Shown: positions 61,692-61,850 of the stretch, piece after piece
Numbering within the stretch: position 1 is the stretch's first letter
Layout of the letters: each line of letters opens with the position of its first letter
IMG/VR virus record: IMGVR_UViG_3300032218_001507
Coordinates: 1-61,850 of that record
From: a virus
Taxonomy: Duplodnaviria; Caudoviricetes
DNA: 61,850 nt
Direction: 5' to 3' (one strand)
Notes under the pieces: model-generated
Database searches by the model: none
Told to the model about the DNA's origin: nothing
Seen by the model: the letters and a program-made list of their open reading frames with translations, nothing else
Position numbers and translations under genes: made by a program

Positions 61692-61850
61692 TCGTTATCT
61701 ATGGCAAAGGATTATGGGATTCATGGGGTGAAGCCCTTGGACCAGAGTCTCCTTTTTGGGACGGCTTTTCATCCATTGAAAAAGTCATAGAGGTTGACAG
61801 TTTTGATTTTCCTTTACAAGAAGTCTGCAAAGATTACAGCAAGTCTGTAC
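61685..61850 (+). CDS. Hypothetical protein truncated by the window end
   Basis: ATG overlapping the methyltransferase end; frame open to the window edge (MLVVIYGKGLWDSWG...). Confidence 0.55.
   Translation, partial: MLVVIYGKGLWDSWGEALGPESPFWDGFSSIEKVIEVDSFDFPLQEVCKDYSKSV

Noticed and set aside
1-61850. tRNA/rRNA genes or stop-codon reassignment
   Set aside because: Intergenic gaps are short with no cloverleaf or TpsiC-arm pattern seen; genes tile densely under the standard code, using TAA, TAG and TGA

Overview
About 62 kb of a large tailed dsDNA phage with a contractile (myovirus-type) tail. It most likely infects a low-GC freshwater-type actinobacterium: it encodes WhiB and SpoVS and uses leaderless TAnnnT-N6-ATG starts (host is inference). 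Layout: (1) 1-5066 (+), small early genes, an HNH gene, a tyrosine recombinase and a secreted lysozyme-like protein, ending at a bidirectional terminator. (2) 5124-32644 (-), class II RNR, an unusual nucleotidyltransferase/HAD-like/TGT-like block, many small unknowns, spoVS, recombination genes (RuvC-like, Hjc-like, Cas4-like, RecA), PolA, SSB, SNF2 helicase, primase, DnaB, DnaC-like loader and an initiator gene containing iterons and a DnaA box. (3) 32654-49120 (-), baseplate, tape measure, chaperone, tube, sheath, neck genes and a cluster of tiny Lys-rich proteins. (4) 49171-59531 (-), a sulfation module followed by modular Ser/Thr/Gly-rich fibre cassettes. (5) 59601-end (+), a divergent glycosidase-like/TPR/methyltransferase operon. 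No capsid, portal, terminase large subunit, tRNA or CRISPR array was seen. Best candidates for undescribed biology: the NTase-HAD-TGT-like operon, the fibre locus bracketed by sulfation and glyco/methyl enzymes, a shared C-terminal [DE]LW motif, a frame-independent hexamer array in the integrase and lysozyme genes, a likely +1 frameshift in the tail chaperone, and an ATT-initiated HNH gene. All product calls come from motif recognition by eye; no database searches were run.
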